Shown piece after piece: positions 63,994 through 64,000 of a stretch of DNA of 64,000 bases. Within the stretch, counting starts at the first letter, position 1, and every line of letters begins with the position of its first letter. The stretch comes from an uncultured Fibrobacterota bacterium (GTDB lineage: Bacteria; Fibrobacterota; Chitinivibrionia; Chitinivibrionales; FEN-1185). The position numbers and the translations under genes were made by a program. The notes beneath the pieces were generated by a model. That model searched no databases. It was not told the origin of the DNA and was given only the letters and a program-made list of their open reading frames with translations. The stretch spans positions 197,150 through 261,149 of the forward strand of contig CAVWBU010000016.1 in NCBI GenBank assembly GCA_963753345.1. Direction: 5' to 3'.

Positions 63994-64000
63994 TAACTAA

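Overview
GC-rich bacterial DNA, most likely from a Fibrobacterota (Chitinivibrionia/Chitinispirillales-like) genome. That assignment is an inference from a TIGR02147-type gene, a fibro-slime protein, T9SS-CTD-like modules and PorX. The window carries carbohydrate-active and secreted proteins (GH2, GH30), housekeeping genes (asnS, apt, serS, tsaE, lnt, trxA) and a TatT/TatP/QM TRAP-T transporter. It also has two giant repeat-rich surface proteins, a HK-porX-tsaE locus, an aryl-polyene/flexirubin-like KS-CLF-ACP cluster, a Ser/Thr kinase and an IS110-family element at the right edge. Clustered single-base indels in asnS, serS and both giant genes look like sequencing errors. The most striking feature is a two-part, highly structured intergenic repeat (module A ~140-170 nt, a linker, module B ~110-180 nt) found at 13 loci. 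Its copies diverge in sequence but show compensatory base changes in many stems and swappable hairpin arms. C(GNA)G triloops and purine-rich internal loops fall on opposite strands for A and B, which suggests a folded single-stranded DNA element of REP/HUH type rather than an ordinary terminator. Several other small REP-like families and 7-8 nt tandem repeats are also present. All product calls come from recognising motifs by eye; no database searches were run.
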